This document shows positions 11,885 to 24,276 of a stretch of DNA of 44,596 bases, one piece after another. Source of the stretch: Octopus sinensis (Eukaryota); NCBI RefSeq assembly GCF_006345805.1, contig NW_021834878.1, forward strand, positions 1 through 44,596, in the 5' to 3' direction. The notes under the pieces were generated by a model, which saw only the letters and a program-made list of their open reading frames with translations, did no database searches and had not been told where the DNA came from. The translations under genes were made by a program, and so were the position numbers. Each line of letters starts with the position of its first letter. Positions within the stretch are counted from its first letter, which is position 1.

Positions 11885-12027
11885 TTGTAGACATCCACTA
11901 GTACAACACAAAAGACAACCAAATATATGGCACACTAGGCATAACAACAACGTGAACTTCCAACCTGTTGTCTCTTGAGGTCTCTGGGTGAGACTTGGAG
12001 CCAACTTGTACAAATATAAAGCAAAAG
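11885..12027 (+). mobile_element. Short non-microsatellite segment followed by an (AAT)n tail; probable 3' end of a non-LTR element
   Basis: About 140 bp of complex sequence with (AAT)n/(AAC)n upstream and a long (AAT)n directly downstream; no coding motif recognised. Confidence 0.35.
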
Positions 12028-12033
12028 TCAAAC

Positions 12034-12112
<79 letters not shown>

Positions 12113-12584
12113 GTTGCGTCGAATAAAGAAATAAAGTGTTGTTTTGTTTCTCTATGTAGCTTGTTTCTTTTCTAAGACTAATTCCTCAAGACCGTATAAG
12201 ATTATCACCTAAATATATAACAGGATTATCACACCGTCTGTTTATCAGTGAAATTTTGGTTCATTAAACAGTTTATCATATAGTATCATCACTTGTGACT
12301 TATTTGCTATGGTAAATGCTTTCTATGGAATTATAGTAAAGTACAATTTGAGGTCTTAAAGGGGCTGAGCTGGTATAAGAATTAGAGCCTCGAGCAAATT
12401 GTTTAGAGACATCTTTCGGTTCATTACGCTCTGAGCTCAAATTTCGTCGAGTTGAATTTACCTTTTATCATTTCGGAGTCAATGAAATAAGTACCAGTTG
12501 AAAACATGAGCTGATATAATCGACAAACGTCTTCTTTAAAATTGGTGGCCTTGAGTCATACTTTGACATCATTATATGAGGCGC

Positions 12585-12785
12585 TCAAAGCAGATAGCTG
12601 GTAGAATCTTTAGCACGTTGGAACAAATGCTTAGTGATATATCTTCCAGTTCTGAGTTCAAATTCCGCCGAGGTCGACTCTTCCTTTTGTCCTTTCGGGG
12701 TACATAATAGTACCAGTTTAAAACAATGGTCAAAGTTATCTACATACCACATCACTAAACTTGTTGGTCATGTACCAAAATATGA
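12585..12785 (+). mobile_element. SINE family B copy (a more degraded copy precedes it at about 12360-12570)
   Basis: GCTGGTAGAATCTTTAGCACG...CTGAGTTCAAATTCCGCCGAGGTCGAC core. Confidence 0.75.
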
Positions 12786-12790
12786 AGCCG

Positions 12791-12906
12791 TTATACTCTT
12801 TGCTCTTATACTCTTTACTCTTATACTCTTTGCTCTTATACTCTTTGCTCTTATACTCTTTGCTCTTATACTCTTTGCTCTTATACTCTTTGCTCTTATA
12901 CTCTTT
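12791..12906. repeat. 15-bp minisatellite TTATACTCTTTGCTC, 7 full copies plus a partial
   Basis: Units counted directly at 12791, 12806, 12821, 12836, 12851, 12866 and 12881; it runs into a minus-strand family A SINE tail (12905-12970). Confidence 0.95.
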
Positions 12907-13013
12907 TACTTGTTTCAGTCATTTGACTGCGGCCTTGCTGGAGCACCGCCTTTAGTCGAGCAAATCGACTTCCAGTAGAAAGAATTCCTATTATTATATT
13001 TATTATTGTTATT

Positions 13014-13064
<51 letters not shown>

Positions 13065-13705
13065 TTTATTATTATTATTATTACTACTACAACGAATACT
13101 ACTACTAATCCTAATATTATTATTATTAATATTATTATTATCATTGAAGGCGACGAGTTGGTAGAATCGTTAGCACGTCGTTATCACTATTACTGCTGCT
13201 GCTACTGTTGTTGGTGTTGTTTTTATTTGCCTTGTCATTTCAACAATTACGATATTTTACAAATCAACAAAAAGAAAAAATATCTCTAAATCTCTCCATT
13301 GAATAAACCATAAAACCTTTATCATTTAGAGTTTCCTTCCTGTTCATTCTTACTTTCTGTTCTTTTCATCAAAGTTTAAAGGTTTCTTAACGTAGAGGAA
13401 ATAAACCTTCATTTTATCTGCTTTTTCTCTTTCTTTCTTTCTTTCTTTTACCCCTTTCTCCAAGAGTTTTCAGAATCTTAAATGAAACTTTCGAAACCCT
13501 ACCTACCTACATACATACATACATACATATATATATACATATGCATATATATTATATCCATATATATTATATATATTATATATATATATCTATATATATA
13601 TATATATAATAGGTATCTATGTGTATATATATGGATAATATAACATATATGAATATGCATATATTTGTATATATACATATAAAAATGTATATGTATATAT
13701 ATATA

Positions 13706-13737
<32 letters not shown>

Positions 13738-13817
13738 GATATATATATATAATCTATATATATATCATATATAGATATATATATGCATCCATATATATAT
13801 ACATATATATATGTTTG

Positions 13818-13848
<31 letters not shown>

Positions 13849-14016
13849 GTATATTTAGTATATATAATATATATATAGTATATATATATAGATATATATG
13901 TAAATATGTTATATATTATATATATGTATATATATATATAGATAGTAGTAGATATGTATATATATTATATTTATATATGTTATATATATATGTATATAAT
14001 ATATATATATATATAT

Positions 14017-14070
<54 letters not shown>

Positions 14071-14077
14071 TATATAT

Positions 14078-14163
<86 letters not shown>

Positions 14164-14528
14164 CTTCTAACTCAATGTTTCAGGGATCGATTAAGAATGC
14201 TTCTCACGATTTCTATCGTTGAATTAACTGCGTAGCGGCATCTATTCATTGCAGCTGCCTTATTTGGGTATATTATATGTGCATACGTGTATGTGTGTGT
14301 GCATGCATGCTTGTGTGTGTGTGTATGTGTGCATGTATGCGTATGTGTGTGTATGTGTGCGTGTATGCGTATGTGTGTGTTTACCAGTATCTGTGAATAT
14401 ATGTGTATATATATTTACATTTCTTTATATGTATATATACTAATACATACGTATATTTATCTTAAACCTTATATTGTATTATATTACATTATACATATAT
14501 ACATATGCACATATACACATATGGTGAT

Positions 14529-14684
<156 letters not shown>

Positions 14685-15681
14685 TAACACTTATACATAT
14701 ATATTTATCGTATACACATATATTGTATTATATTACATTATATATATATTTCATACATTTCTCATTGTGTTCTTCCAAGAACTCCGAGAAGAGTCTTATG
14801 CTTTTTCCCTGCTGTTACGAGCTGAGCTTGGAACCTTTTTATAAAACATTTACCATTTGTATGAAATGGAATAAGGCAAAAACGAGAGGGAACAAAAACC
14901 AAAAAAATAAAAGACATTTATTCTTCTGTCGCAAACTGAAGAAATTTCAACATCACCTTTGCAAGATTATTACTTTTCTTTATTATTTATTATTGATATT
15001 ATTTACTTATAGATTTTTTTTTTTGCATTAACATGGATTCTGTGAGTTCCTAATATGTTTTATTTTAATAATTCTTCTCGATGTGCATGTGTTTGCATGA
15101 TGTAGTAGGAGAGTTTCGTGAAGAAAGTATACTTAAGCAGCGAAAGATCATAAAGGCTTTGCATCTACGATGAATGAATAATATATGTACATGCATATGT
15201 ATATATATGCACACACACATATAATCTACGCTAAGCAGAATAACGTATGAACGTGTTGTTAAGACGACCATTTCAGCAATCTCAAGGATACACGTTCGAT
15301 ACCAATATCAGATGGCTTGGGCAAGTATCTTCTACTATAGTCCTGGTTCGACCAATGCCTTATGAGGTTAAATGGTAGACGGGAACTCAAAGAACTACCT
15401 TCCCCACGTATAAAGAAATATAGTCAAATATTAAAAAAAAACGAGCAATATAATTAAGAAGAAGCAAGGGAATGGTCACAAGGAATGTATTCCTTCGATG
15501 CTTAGTAAAAAAAAAAATTGATGTTTTGAGCATTGCTCTTCATCGGAAAGGAGAACTGGATAAGTCCAAAGAAGGAAAAGAAATTGCCAACAGCACGTGT
15601 GTAAATACATTCCTGAAAAATTTCAGCCACTGACCATTTCCTTAGACGTATTCGAACACAAAAGACAGCTATTATACTTAC

Positions 15682-15708
15682 TCCCTGCAAAAAATCACAA
15701 CGTGGATT
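15682..15708 (-). CDS. Candidate 27-nt exon (NPRCDFLQG in phase 0) of an unidentified gene
   Basis: ttgtttcttactggtctcaacAG|AATCCACGTTGTGATTTTTTGCAGGGA|GTAAGT; no homology recognised. Confidence 0.3.
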
Positions 15709-15990
15709 CTGTTGAGACCAGTAAGAAACAATTATGAACTTTTTTATTACACTTAACTTTTTTAAATATTTTTGATAAGGTTCGTTTTTTCAAGAAAAAA
15801 CGAAACATGTAAAATTTCTAAGAAAATTAAGATTTATCTTATATAGTGGCGTTTTCAAACTTCTTATATATATATATATATTATATTATATATCTATGTA
15901 AACTGTGTGCATTTTCCTTCTCCTATATATATCCTTTTACATTACAACTCACCACGTGGAGATAATCCAAATTCTCTCCCTCCCGTTCCT

Positions 15991-16038
<48 letters not shown>

Positions 16039-16389
16039 TTCCCAATCTCAAATTTCTTTTCCTTCTTTTATATGTACACAACTCATATATATATATACAT
16101 ATATATAGAGAGAGAGGGGAAGAAAGAGAGAGGGAAAGAAGAGGCTTCTCTCCGTTTCCGTCGATCAAATCCACTGAATTCTTTCGGGTCGGGGCTATTG
16201 TATAAGAAAATTACCCAAGGTGAGGTGCACAGGGATTGAACCAAAGACGACATTGCTGGAAATCAAGCTTCTTAAATCACACAGCCACACCTGTGTCTAT
16301 ATGAGAATATTTCTAACCCAATATTTTCTATTTTGCATTTCCATATGTTTAAATTACTTTTAAATAAAAAAAATATTACCTTTTTCTTC

Positions 16390-17200
16390 TTGTAAAGGCA
16401 TTAAGTTCATTATGTTTACCAAAAACATGTGTTAAATATCATAAGTTATATAACCATTCTTATTTCTGAAGCAAATTAGCCGAATCTGAATTCTATCCCG
16501 ATAGGAATATTATTATGACTCTATTTTATAATTCCAAAAGTAGTTTCAAAACCTGAGAAGCATCGCACTGCTGTTCTCAATAAAAGTTTGCAGAAATTAA
16601 ATACATTTTCGTTACCATAGAGATTTTCGTGAAGAAGTGACTATAGAGTGAACGACTTTTCATGACTAGTTTCAGACCTGCAGGAAATTTCTTAAATACT
16701 AATTGCTTCTTGATGAATTATGCCATGAATGAAAGTAATAAGATTTTTGCTTACAGATTCGTCTTTAATTTGAAATGTAATTTTCGTTGTTGTTATATCA
16801 ACAGCGCCATCTGCATGCACTCAATTATTTCAGTCAAAGCCCACTTCTTTGAAAAAAAATTATCTTCTTCTTGAAAAATAATTGCTCCTGTAGTATGTCT
16901 ATATATTGATCGACAAAACAGCAAGTCTCCGTGGACACTATTTTCATAAGAATACCTAACGTATTCCAATAATTGGACTGAGTTTATATTGTCAGTATTT
17001 TCACCCTACTGGATTGTAAATTCAGAGCATTTTGAAAAAAAGATTCTTTCTACATTTTGTCCGAATTGGTCATCGTTAATTTCTGATGTAAGGCTACCAA
17101 CTGTATTATCTAACAGAGAAACTTTCCTTATTTCATTTGCATATTTTTTACCTGAACAATTTCTCTCATTTTTATCACTACTGGTAACACGAGTTCCCCA
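16390..17200 (-). pseudogene. Decayed hAT (Buster/Charlie, ZBED5/SCAND3-like) transposase fragment
   Basis: Minus translation across frameshifts: KYANEIRKVSLLDNTV; ENTDNINSVQLLEYVRY...DLLFCRS...TTG; HADGA; ITFIHGIIHQEA; KSRSLYS; LLLRTAVRCFS (LLLHTEVRWLS motif, 16552-16586); EWLYNL*YLTHVFGKHNELN. Confidence 0.8.
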
Positions 17201-17446
17201 CCGATGCTATATCTGTATGTGCGCGAGCGCATGTGTGTATGCTGCTGGGTGTTTTTTGATCATACCATTATATAACTAGTTTCAAAAGATGACCGTAAGT
17301 TCGATGACCTCATGTTTATAATATGAATGTGACTCTCAGGAGATTGCTTCTGTCTTCTGAATGATTCCGACAGCTTTCCAAATATTTCTCTTGGCTTCTT
17401 GCTATAGAAGAAATGCCTTAGTTCAAAATTTTATTTTATTTCATAG

Positions 17447-17546
17447 GTTTCATCCTTTCATTCGCCCAACAATAGTTACAAATGAAGCAGACAGGTTTTT
17501 CTTCGCTATTTTTGAAAGTGAAAGTGAAAGTAAATCCGTATCACAA
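17447..17546 (+). CDS. Candidate 100-nt exon (FHPFIRPTIVTNEADRFFFAIFESESESKSVSQ)
   Basis: ttttattttatttcatAG|G...TCACAA|GTAAGT; only one frame is open; no homology recognised. Confidence 0.25.
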
Positions 17547-17684
17547 GTAAGTTTCATTAAATTTCTTCTTTTTGGCGCGAAGATGAGTGTTACTTTGAGG
17601 GTAACTTGCGAATTCTTGATACTACCTGATGTTTCTGGCATTTCATTTCTCATTGTTGTTTCATCTTTTATCTTTTTTCTTTGC

Positions 17685-17957
17685 TTCAGTCATTAGGCTG
17701 CGGCCATGCTGGAGTACCTCCTTGAAGAATATTTTTAGTCGAATGAATCGTCCCCAGTACATATTTTTTGGCACCCAACATCGCTTCAAACCGATGCTGG
17801 TGAGTTTACGTCCCCGTAACTTAGCAGTTCGGCAAAATAGACCTATAGAATAAGTACTAGGCTTACAAAGAATAAGTCCGGGGGTCTATTTGCTCGACTA
17901 AAGGTGGTGCTCTAACATGGCTGCAGTCAAATGACTGGAACAAAGAAAAGAATAAAA

Positions 17958-17960
<3 letters not shown>
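17685..17960. mobile_element. Two family A SINE 3' modules in inverted arrangement
   Basis: Minus-strand tail at about 17685-17760 and plus-strand module at about 17785-17960; both tails point outward. Confidence 0.7.
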
Positions 17961-18004
<44 letters not shown>

Positions 18005-18179
18005 ATATATAATATATATATAATATATATATATATACATATATATGTGTGTGTATATGTGTGTTTGTGTTTGCGTGCTCGCGCGCGCGTGTGTGTGTGT
18101 AAGGCGTGAAATGAAGCCCTTATGTGCAGAATTTACTGAAACGAAGAAATAAGAAGCTTCATTAGCATTGTTCACTTAC

Positions 18180-18194
18180 CCCTTTTTTTCTCTG
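18180..18194 (-). CDS. Candidate 15-nt microexon (QRKKG in phase 0; 12 nt if the NAGNAG second AG is used)
   Basis: ttgttacatcttAG|CAGAGAAAAAAAGGG|GTAAGTGA. Confidence 0.25.
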
Positions 18195-18644
18195 CTAAGA
18201 TGTAACAAATCCGTAATTTAACTTCGATTAAAATACATTATTCAGAAATTTAAAGTAATTAATATCAAAAATATTAGTATTAAAACAGATCATTTTGTAT
18301 TAAATTTTGCATAAAATTATTTTAAATGAATAGTTTTGTATTAAAATGAATTTATTAGAATATCAATGATTTTCAGCTACAATACCTCCGGGGAAAATTG
18401 TATTCATGTATTATGCGAGATGTAAATATGAAACTAAAGAATAGCAAACACTTTATTCATGTCAGATGTTTCCGAAACATATGTCATTGTTTATACAAAG
18501 TAATTAGAACATATTTTGTTTTATATTTAACCCTTAGCAATTAGTTTTATTCATAAAAGTGCTTTTTTCGAAGATTCGATTAAATGTAATAACATTTTTA
18601 CGATTTGTACGAATCTAAAACAAACACGCGCGCGCGCACACACA

Positions 18645-18795
18645 TATTTGGTTTCCGTCTACCAAATCCACTGACAAGGCTTTGGTCGGTCCGAAGCTAT
18701 AGTAGAAGACACTTGCCCAAGATGCCACGCAGTGGGACTGAACCCGGAACCATGTGGTTGGTAAGCAAGCTACTTACCACACAGCCACTCCTGCT
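18645..18795 (-). mobile_element. SINE family A, head module
   Basis: Reverse complement of CAGGAGTGGCTGTGTGGTAAGTAGCTTGCTTACC...GGATTTGGTAGACGGAAAC. Confidence 0.85.
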
Positions 18796-19588
18796 GTATA
18801 CAAATTATAAATGTTTCAAAATGTGGAATACTATATGAATTAAAATAACGAAAAACAAGAAAAAATAAAGATGGCTAGTATTCAAAAAGTACGATGAAGG
18901 GAGGATAGACGTTTGAAAAAATATATTTGAAACAGTCCTTTTTCGAAGAATGTCCGCTCGTAAATATTTTGAAACGTTGGTTTTTTAGAAAATGTGGAAA
19001 AGTGCCGAAAAAATCCGCGAACATCCAATTTATGTAATGCAACTATTCTGAGAGTCTAACAAATATGTAATTAATTGCCTTGTTAAAAAAGTATGTAATG
19101 ATAGAGTTTCTAATGTATAATTTTGAAAAAACTGTCGAGAACATCGAAAATTAGCGTTGCGTACTTCTTATTGTTGATCTGCTAATTCTAAAAAAAAAAT
19201 TATTATACTAATTTATATTTATAATAACTGTTATTTTAATCAATGTTCGACTTTATTGAATCAGACCTATATTTAAAGAAAATATACGAAGACAAAATCT
19301 AAAGTTTGTCTGAGAGTAGAAATTTACAAAATTTATATAATTTTTGCAAACCAATCTTTACTTAGAGTAAAAGTGAAAATACCAATTATGGAAAATATGG
19401 AGAGTCTCTTATCTTTCTCTTAAAAATACGAACTGAAAGCAAGAATTGTGCGAAATACATCGAAGTCAAAATTGTAAATGATTTGTTTAGTGAGAGCAAT
19501 CTCTCTCTTTCTCTTTCACTTTCCTCTCTCACACACTCTGACACTCACTCACTCACTCCTTACACACACACACACATATATATATATA

Positions 19589-20503
19589 TTGGGTCATCCC
19601 ATAAATAATGCGGTTTTTTAAATATTTTATTTTTTATAATTAAGATACGCAAAGATATTTTTAAAATCCAAATTATACTCTCCTTCATCTTCTACAATGC
19701 TCTTCCATCTATCTGGTAGACTTGCAAGGCCCCTCTTCCAAAATTCATTCGTCCGTGACGAAAAATACTCCTCCAGTACTGTTCTGACTTCATCTACAGA
19801 ATTCATATTTTTTTCGTTCAAATGATTTTGAAGACTGTAGAATAATTGCTAATCAGAAGAAGCAATGTCCAGCAAATATGGTAGGTACGTCCCCCATTCA
19901 AACTGCTCCAGCCCGTGGAATGTCATCTTCGCGGTATGTGACCGAGCATTATCCTGATGGAGGAACACCTTTCGTGTTCAAACCAAAGATGGTCGTTTTT
20001 CTTCTAGCGCTGAGCTGAATGACGAGATGAATGATCAAATCCAAGCTTCTCTGCTAGTTCCTCAACAGTTACGAAAGGATTTTGTTCTTCCAGGGTTTGT
20101 AGGACGGCCTCGTCGAGCCCTACAGATCTTTCAGGACGAGGCTCGTCTTCTAGGCTGTAGTTTCCGGTTCAGAATTTCTGGAACAACTGTTGACACTGGC
20201 TTACCCTCATTGTCCGATCCCCATACACTGCATTAATATTCCTTGGACTTTCCGTTGCGTTGTTGCCTTTATTGAACTCATAAAGAAAATTATGCCGAAT
20301 ATGCTCCTTTGTCACTTCCATTATAGCTTTGGAAAAATAACTGTTAAAATCAAACTGCACTCTTCAAAATTTGCACTAAGAATAAGAACAAGGTAAAATT
20401 ACTACCTGCTTCTATTTCAAATTGATGTAAGTAGTTTATCTGTCCTCTTCCGACTTTTGATTCATGCACTTGAAAAAACTGCATTATTTATGGGATGACC
20501 CAA
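19589..20503 (-). mobile_element. Internally deleted mariner element (915 bp)
   Basis: 30-bp TIRs TTGGGTCATCCCATAAATAATGC(G/A)GTTTTT with TA on the left. Minus frames give the HTH MEVTKEHIRHNFLYEFNKG...VYG, LHQDNARSHTA, PY.LDIASSD*.LF and the C-terminus FWKRGLASLPDRWKSIVEDEGEY. The region of the first catalytic Asp was not found. Confidence 0.92.
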
Positions 20504-21134
20504 TTTATATATATATAGTCTAGTATATATACTTTTATATATATATAATATATATATATATGAATGTATGTATGTGTGTATGCATATGTATGCATCTGTA
20601 TATATATACTCATACACATACACAAAAATGTACACAAATTTACGTGCATGTGTGAGTGTATGTGTGTCTATATTTATGACCCTTCTTCAATGCTTCTCCA
20701 TTTGTTATTCTCTGGAGAATTTGGCTTCGAGACTGGCCAATGGCTTCATCACTGCCGCCAAATATACACGTGTGTATGCATGAGCGTGTGTATCTGTGCG
20801 TGTGTTTGTATGCTAGAATTATCTATATTTATTAGAATGCATATAAACATATACATTTATATATGACTAGCAGGACTCGTAGAAATTCTACCGTGTTAGT
20901 CAGCATATTTGAAAATTTATTGTTATATTAAACAAAAGCAATGAATTTTTAAAATTCCTTTGAAATCCTGCAATTTAATCAAAACTGTACTTCAAACGTA
21001 ATCAAAATAGACTTAGAAGATATTGCTATTTTTCTTTCTATTATATTTGACAGATATGATGTATTTTATAGTTTACGAAAGAAAAGATGAATTAAAATAA
21101 TAAATCTCATTTGCATATTCTTTTAGGCTTTCAT

Positions 21135-21331
21135 TCTTTTATTTTTTCAGTCATTTGACTGCGGCCATACTGGAACACCGCCTTTAGTCGAGCAAAATCG
21201 ATGCCAGGACTTATTCTTTGTAAGCCTAGTACCGTTGTCTTTAGTCGAACCGCTAGATTACGAGGACGTGAACACACCTACATTGGTTGTCGCGTGATAG
21301 TAGGGGGACAAACACAGACACACATATACAT

Positions 21332-21369
<38 letters not shown>

Positions 21370-21551
21370 GTATATGTATATGTATATACGATGAGCTTCT
21401 TTCAGTTTCCGTCTACCAAATCCACTCACAGAGATTTAGTCGGCCCTAGGCTGTAGTTGAACACACATGTCCAAGATGCCACGCAGTGGGACTGAATCCG
21501 GAACTATGTTGTTGGTAAGCAATCTACTTACCACACAGCCATTCCTGCGTC
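21135..21551 (-). mobile_element. SINE family A, full length
   Basis: Both modules plus the internal microsatellite, as at 6174-6593. Confidence 0.85.
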
Positions 21552-21801
21552 TCCTATATATATATATATTATATATATATATATATATTGTGAAATAGAA
21601 AGATGAATAATCTTATTGCAGATTAATCAAAAGTTTAACCGATACCTTGGTAGCAAAAATCACAGCAGAAGACAGCACGGTTGGAGGTTCAACCATATGG
21701 TGTTGCAACCATGCGTTGGTGCGGATAATTGAATTTTAATATTATTAGTGAATTGAAGAAATGGAGTTGAACGAAGATTGAACAGAAATCGTTTTATTGC
21801 A

Positions 21802-21881
21802 TTCTACACGTGTTTCGAACGGCACAATTTACCAAATTCCGATTGAATAAGGAGACCATATTGTGTCTTTCTCTTCAGGAA
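21802..21881 (-). ncRNA. Type-I hammerhead motif H6 (left arm), stem II weakened
   Basis: Minus strand reads TTC-CTGAAGA-GAAAG...CGTTC-GAAA-C(ACGT)G-TA-GAA, with one mismatch in the 5-bp base of stem II. Confidence 0.6.
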
Positions 21882-22157
21882 GAAATAGGAAATCCGTTGG
21901 CAAAAACAAAAACAGAACAGAGGCGCAGCAAAACAAATCGAACGAGGCTCCTAAGAGCCCATGGCCAGACTGTTTATCAATGTATGTTGAAATCGGGTGG
22001 TGGGTGCGTTGAAGATTTTAAAATCTTCAACGCACCCACCACCCGATTTCAACATACATTGATAAACAGTCTGGCCATGGGCTCTTAGGATCCTCGTTCG
22101 ATTTGTTTTGCTGCGCCTCTGTTCTGTTTTTGTTTTTGCCAACGGATTTCCTATTTC

Positions 22158-22237
22158 TTCCTGAAGAGAAAGACACAATATGGTCTCCTTATTCAATCGG
22201 AGTTTGGTAAATTGTGGCTTTCGAAACACGTGTAGAA
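22158..22237 (+). ncRNA. Canonical-core minimal type-I hammerhead motif H5 (right arm)
   Basis: Stem I TTC(22158-60)/GAA(22235-37); core CTGAAGA at 22161-67; stem II GAAAG/CTTTC extended by CACAAT/ATTGTG; GAAA at 22223-26; stem III A-U plus C-G closing the palindromic loop ACGU; GUA cleavage triplet ending at 22234. Confidence 0.75.
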
Positions 22238-22290
22238 TGCAATAAAACGATTTCTGTTCAATCTTCGTTCAACTCCATTCTTCAATTCAC

Positions 22291-22334
<44 letters not shown>

Positions 22335-22780
22335 AACAATTGCAGCGTGGAAGGTGTTTATAAGCCATTTAAGAAACACACAAAACTTCACTTGACATCT
22401 TATATTTCCTTAGATTAACACATAATGGCTTTTAAATGCTTAGTTTCTCATGACTCCTTATCAACATTTTCCTTTTTCCTTCACTCCTTCTTATTTTCTA
22501 ATCTTTAATTTGGTGTCTCGTGATATTGCTTTATGCTTACCATAAATAATGGGGAAATTAAGAATAATGGCTTAATTATAAATTACAAAATTTCTACAGA
22601 ATTCGTGCGATGCACTCGGGGAAATCGCTCCAGGATGCAACAAAAAAAGGGTTATTGATTGTTTTATTTTGTGACAAGAATACAAACTTCTTTTTAAATG
22701 AATATCTTACCACTGAGGAAAATGGCCGGAGAGAATACATTTATATATACATAAACATATACATACAGACAGATAAATAC

Positions 22781-22833
<53 letters not shown>

Positions 22834-22847
22834 AATATATATATATA

Positions 22848-22908
<61 letters not shown>

Positions 22909-22914
22909 GTGAGT

Positions 22915-23103
22915 GTGTGTATATTTAGGGCTAAAAATCCACTTGGTGGATAGCCATATGCTAGAAGAGCATATGGATTTGCTAGCCCTAAATATACACA
23001 TGTACTGAAATTTTTTTCTGATTTGTTAGATTTTTATATGCTAGGCTATTGGTTTTACATTGATGTTAATTGAATTAATATTCAATTTATCTCCCTCATT
23101 ATT

Positions 23104-23107
<4 letters not shown>
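22915..23107 (+). mobile_element. Repeat with short inverted 5' duplication and (TA)n tail, copy 1
   Basis: Arms GTGTATATTTAGGGCTA (22917-33) and TAGCCCTAAATATACAC (22983-99). The tail ...ATTCAATTTATCTCCCTCATTATTT is shared with 28125-28228. Confidence 0.65.
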
Positions 23108-23137
<30 letters not shown>

Positions 23138-23282
23138 GTGAAATAGAAAGATGAATAATCTTGTAGTAGATTAATCAAAAGTTTAACCGATACCTTAGTA
23201 GCAAAAATCACAGCAGTAAACAGCACGGTTGGAGGTACAACCATCTGGCGTTGCAACCGTGAGTTGGTGCGGATAATTGAAA
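23138..23282 (-). mobile_element. Second, truncated 3' end of the 21590 element family
   Basis: About 145-bp direct repeat of 21590-21735 (GTGAAATAGAAAGATGAATAATCTT...GGTGCGGATAATTGAA), again abutting (TA)n. Confidence 0.85.
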
Positions 23283-23321
23283 TTAAAACATTTCACCAAC
23301 AATTCACCAATAATGTTTTAT

Positions 23322-23397
<76 letters not shown>

Positions 23398-24157
23398 GTA
23401 TGTACGTACGTAGTATGTATGTATGTATGTATGTATATATGTATGTATGTATGTACGTACGTAGTATGTATGTATGGATGGATGGATGGATGGATGGATG
23501 GATGGATGGATGGATGGACGGACGAAATATGAGTACATTTGTAAAGCATAAAAAACCGGTTCCATTTTATGCGTTCATTTTCTGAATGCTGCTTCGACTC
23601 AGCACACTCGTCTGTCTAGAATTACGATGCTTATTTTTCCTGACTGCCATACCAAAGACATAACAGAAACAGAAGGAAGCCTCTCATATTTTACAATAAG
23701 TAAAAATCAAAGAAAACCGGTGTAATAAACGCAGCAATCTTCTGCATGACAACACACCTGAACTGTGAAAGAGACCAGCTGCCCAACGGATGGGAATATC
23801 TTGTCTAAATTAGACGATAAATAGAACACCTGTGCTCATTTAATAACGAATGTTCATCTGTTGACGCCAAGCTATAGATTTTCATTTGTGTCTGATATCC
23901 TGGGTTCAAAATGCTAAGCAACATCAGATTTGCTTCAAGGTCCGAAAAATACTGGGGTTTTCAAGAATAAACAAAACAGATACAAATTCTCTAAATGCGG
24001 TCGATTACTGGCATAGAGAAGATACTTAAAGCATTCCAAAATTAAGATTTGGCTTTTGAATTTCATTCAATACACATCATATAACCATCCAAGCGTACAG
24101 CATACACAAAGTTTTACAGAAACAGTAAGGGAGCAAAAGCTTCCGAATGCAAGTACG

Positions 24158-24201
<44 letters not shown>

Positions 24202-24215
24202 CATACATACATACA

Positions 24216-24276
<61 letters not shown>

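Larger units (their letters stand above)
21590..22294. mobile_element. Hammerhead-bearing Penelope pLTR-like element with an inverted duplication
   Basis: Minus-strand arm 22019 to 21590 and plus-strand arm 22020 to 22294, each ending in (TA)n. The 21590-21735 segment recurs at 23138-23282. Confidence 0.7.
21744..22294. repeat. ~551-bp near-perfect palindrome with no spacer
   Basis: Centre GAAGATTTT|AAAATCTTC between 22019 and 22020. By eye the arms differ by about 4 substitutions and one 1-nt indel. Confidence 0.95.

Noticed and set aside
12791-12906. CRISPR-like appearance of short tandem arrays and the 185-bp SINE tandem
   Set aside because: There are no unique spacers and no cas genes, and the context is eukaryotic.
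14854-14935. Minus-strand 82-nt exon candidate with a hydrophobic translation (FLFPLVFALF)
   Set aside because: The hydrophobicity follows from T-rich low complexity, two frames are open, and it does not fit the phase of the exon chain.
22711-22712. Strong acceptor, 2 nt, then GTAAGA on the minus strand (also at 28985-28986)
   Set aside because: A 2-nt exon does not fit the frame, and the second site appears to lie in a repeat. These show that such patterns arise by chance and weaken the microexon inference.
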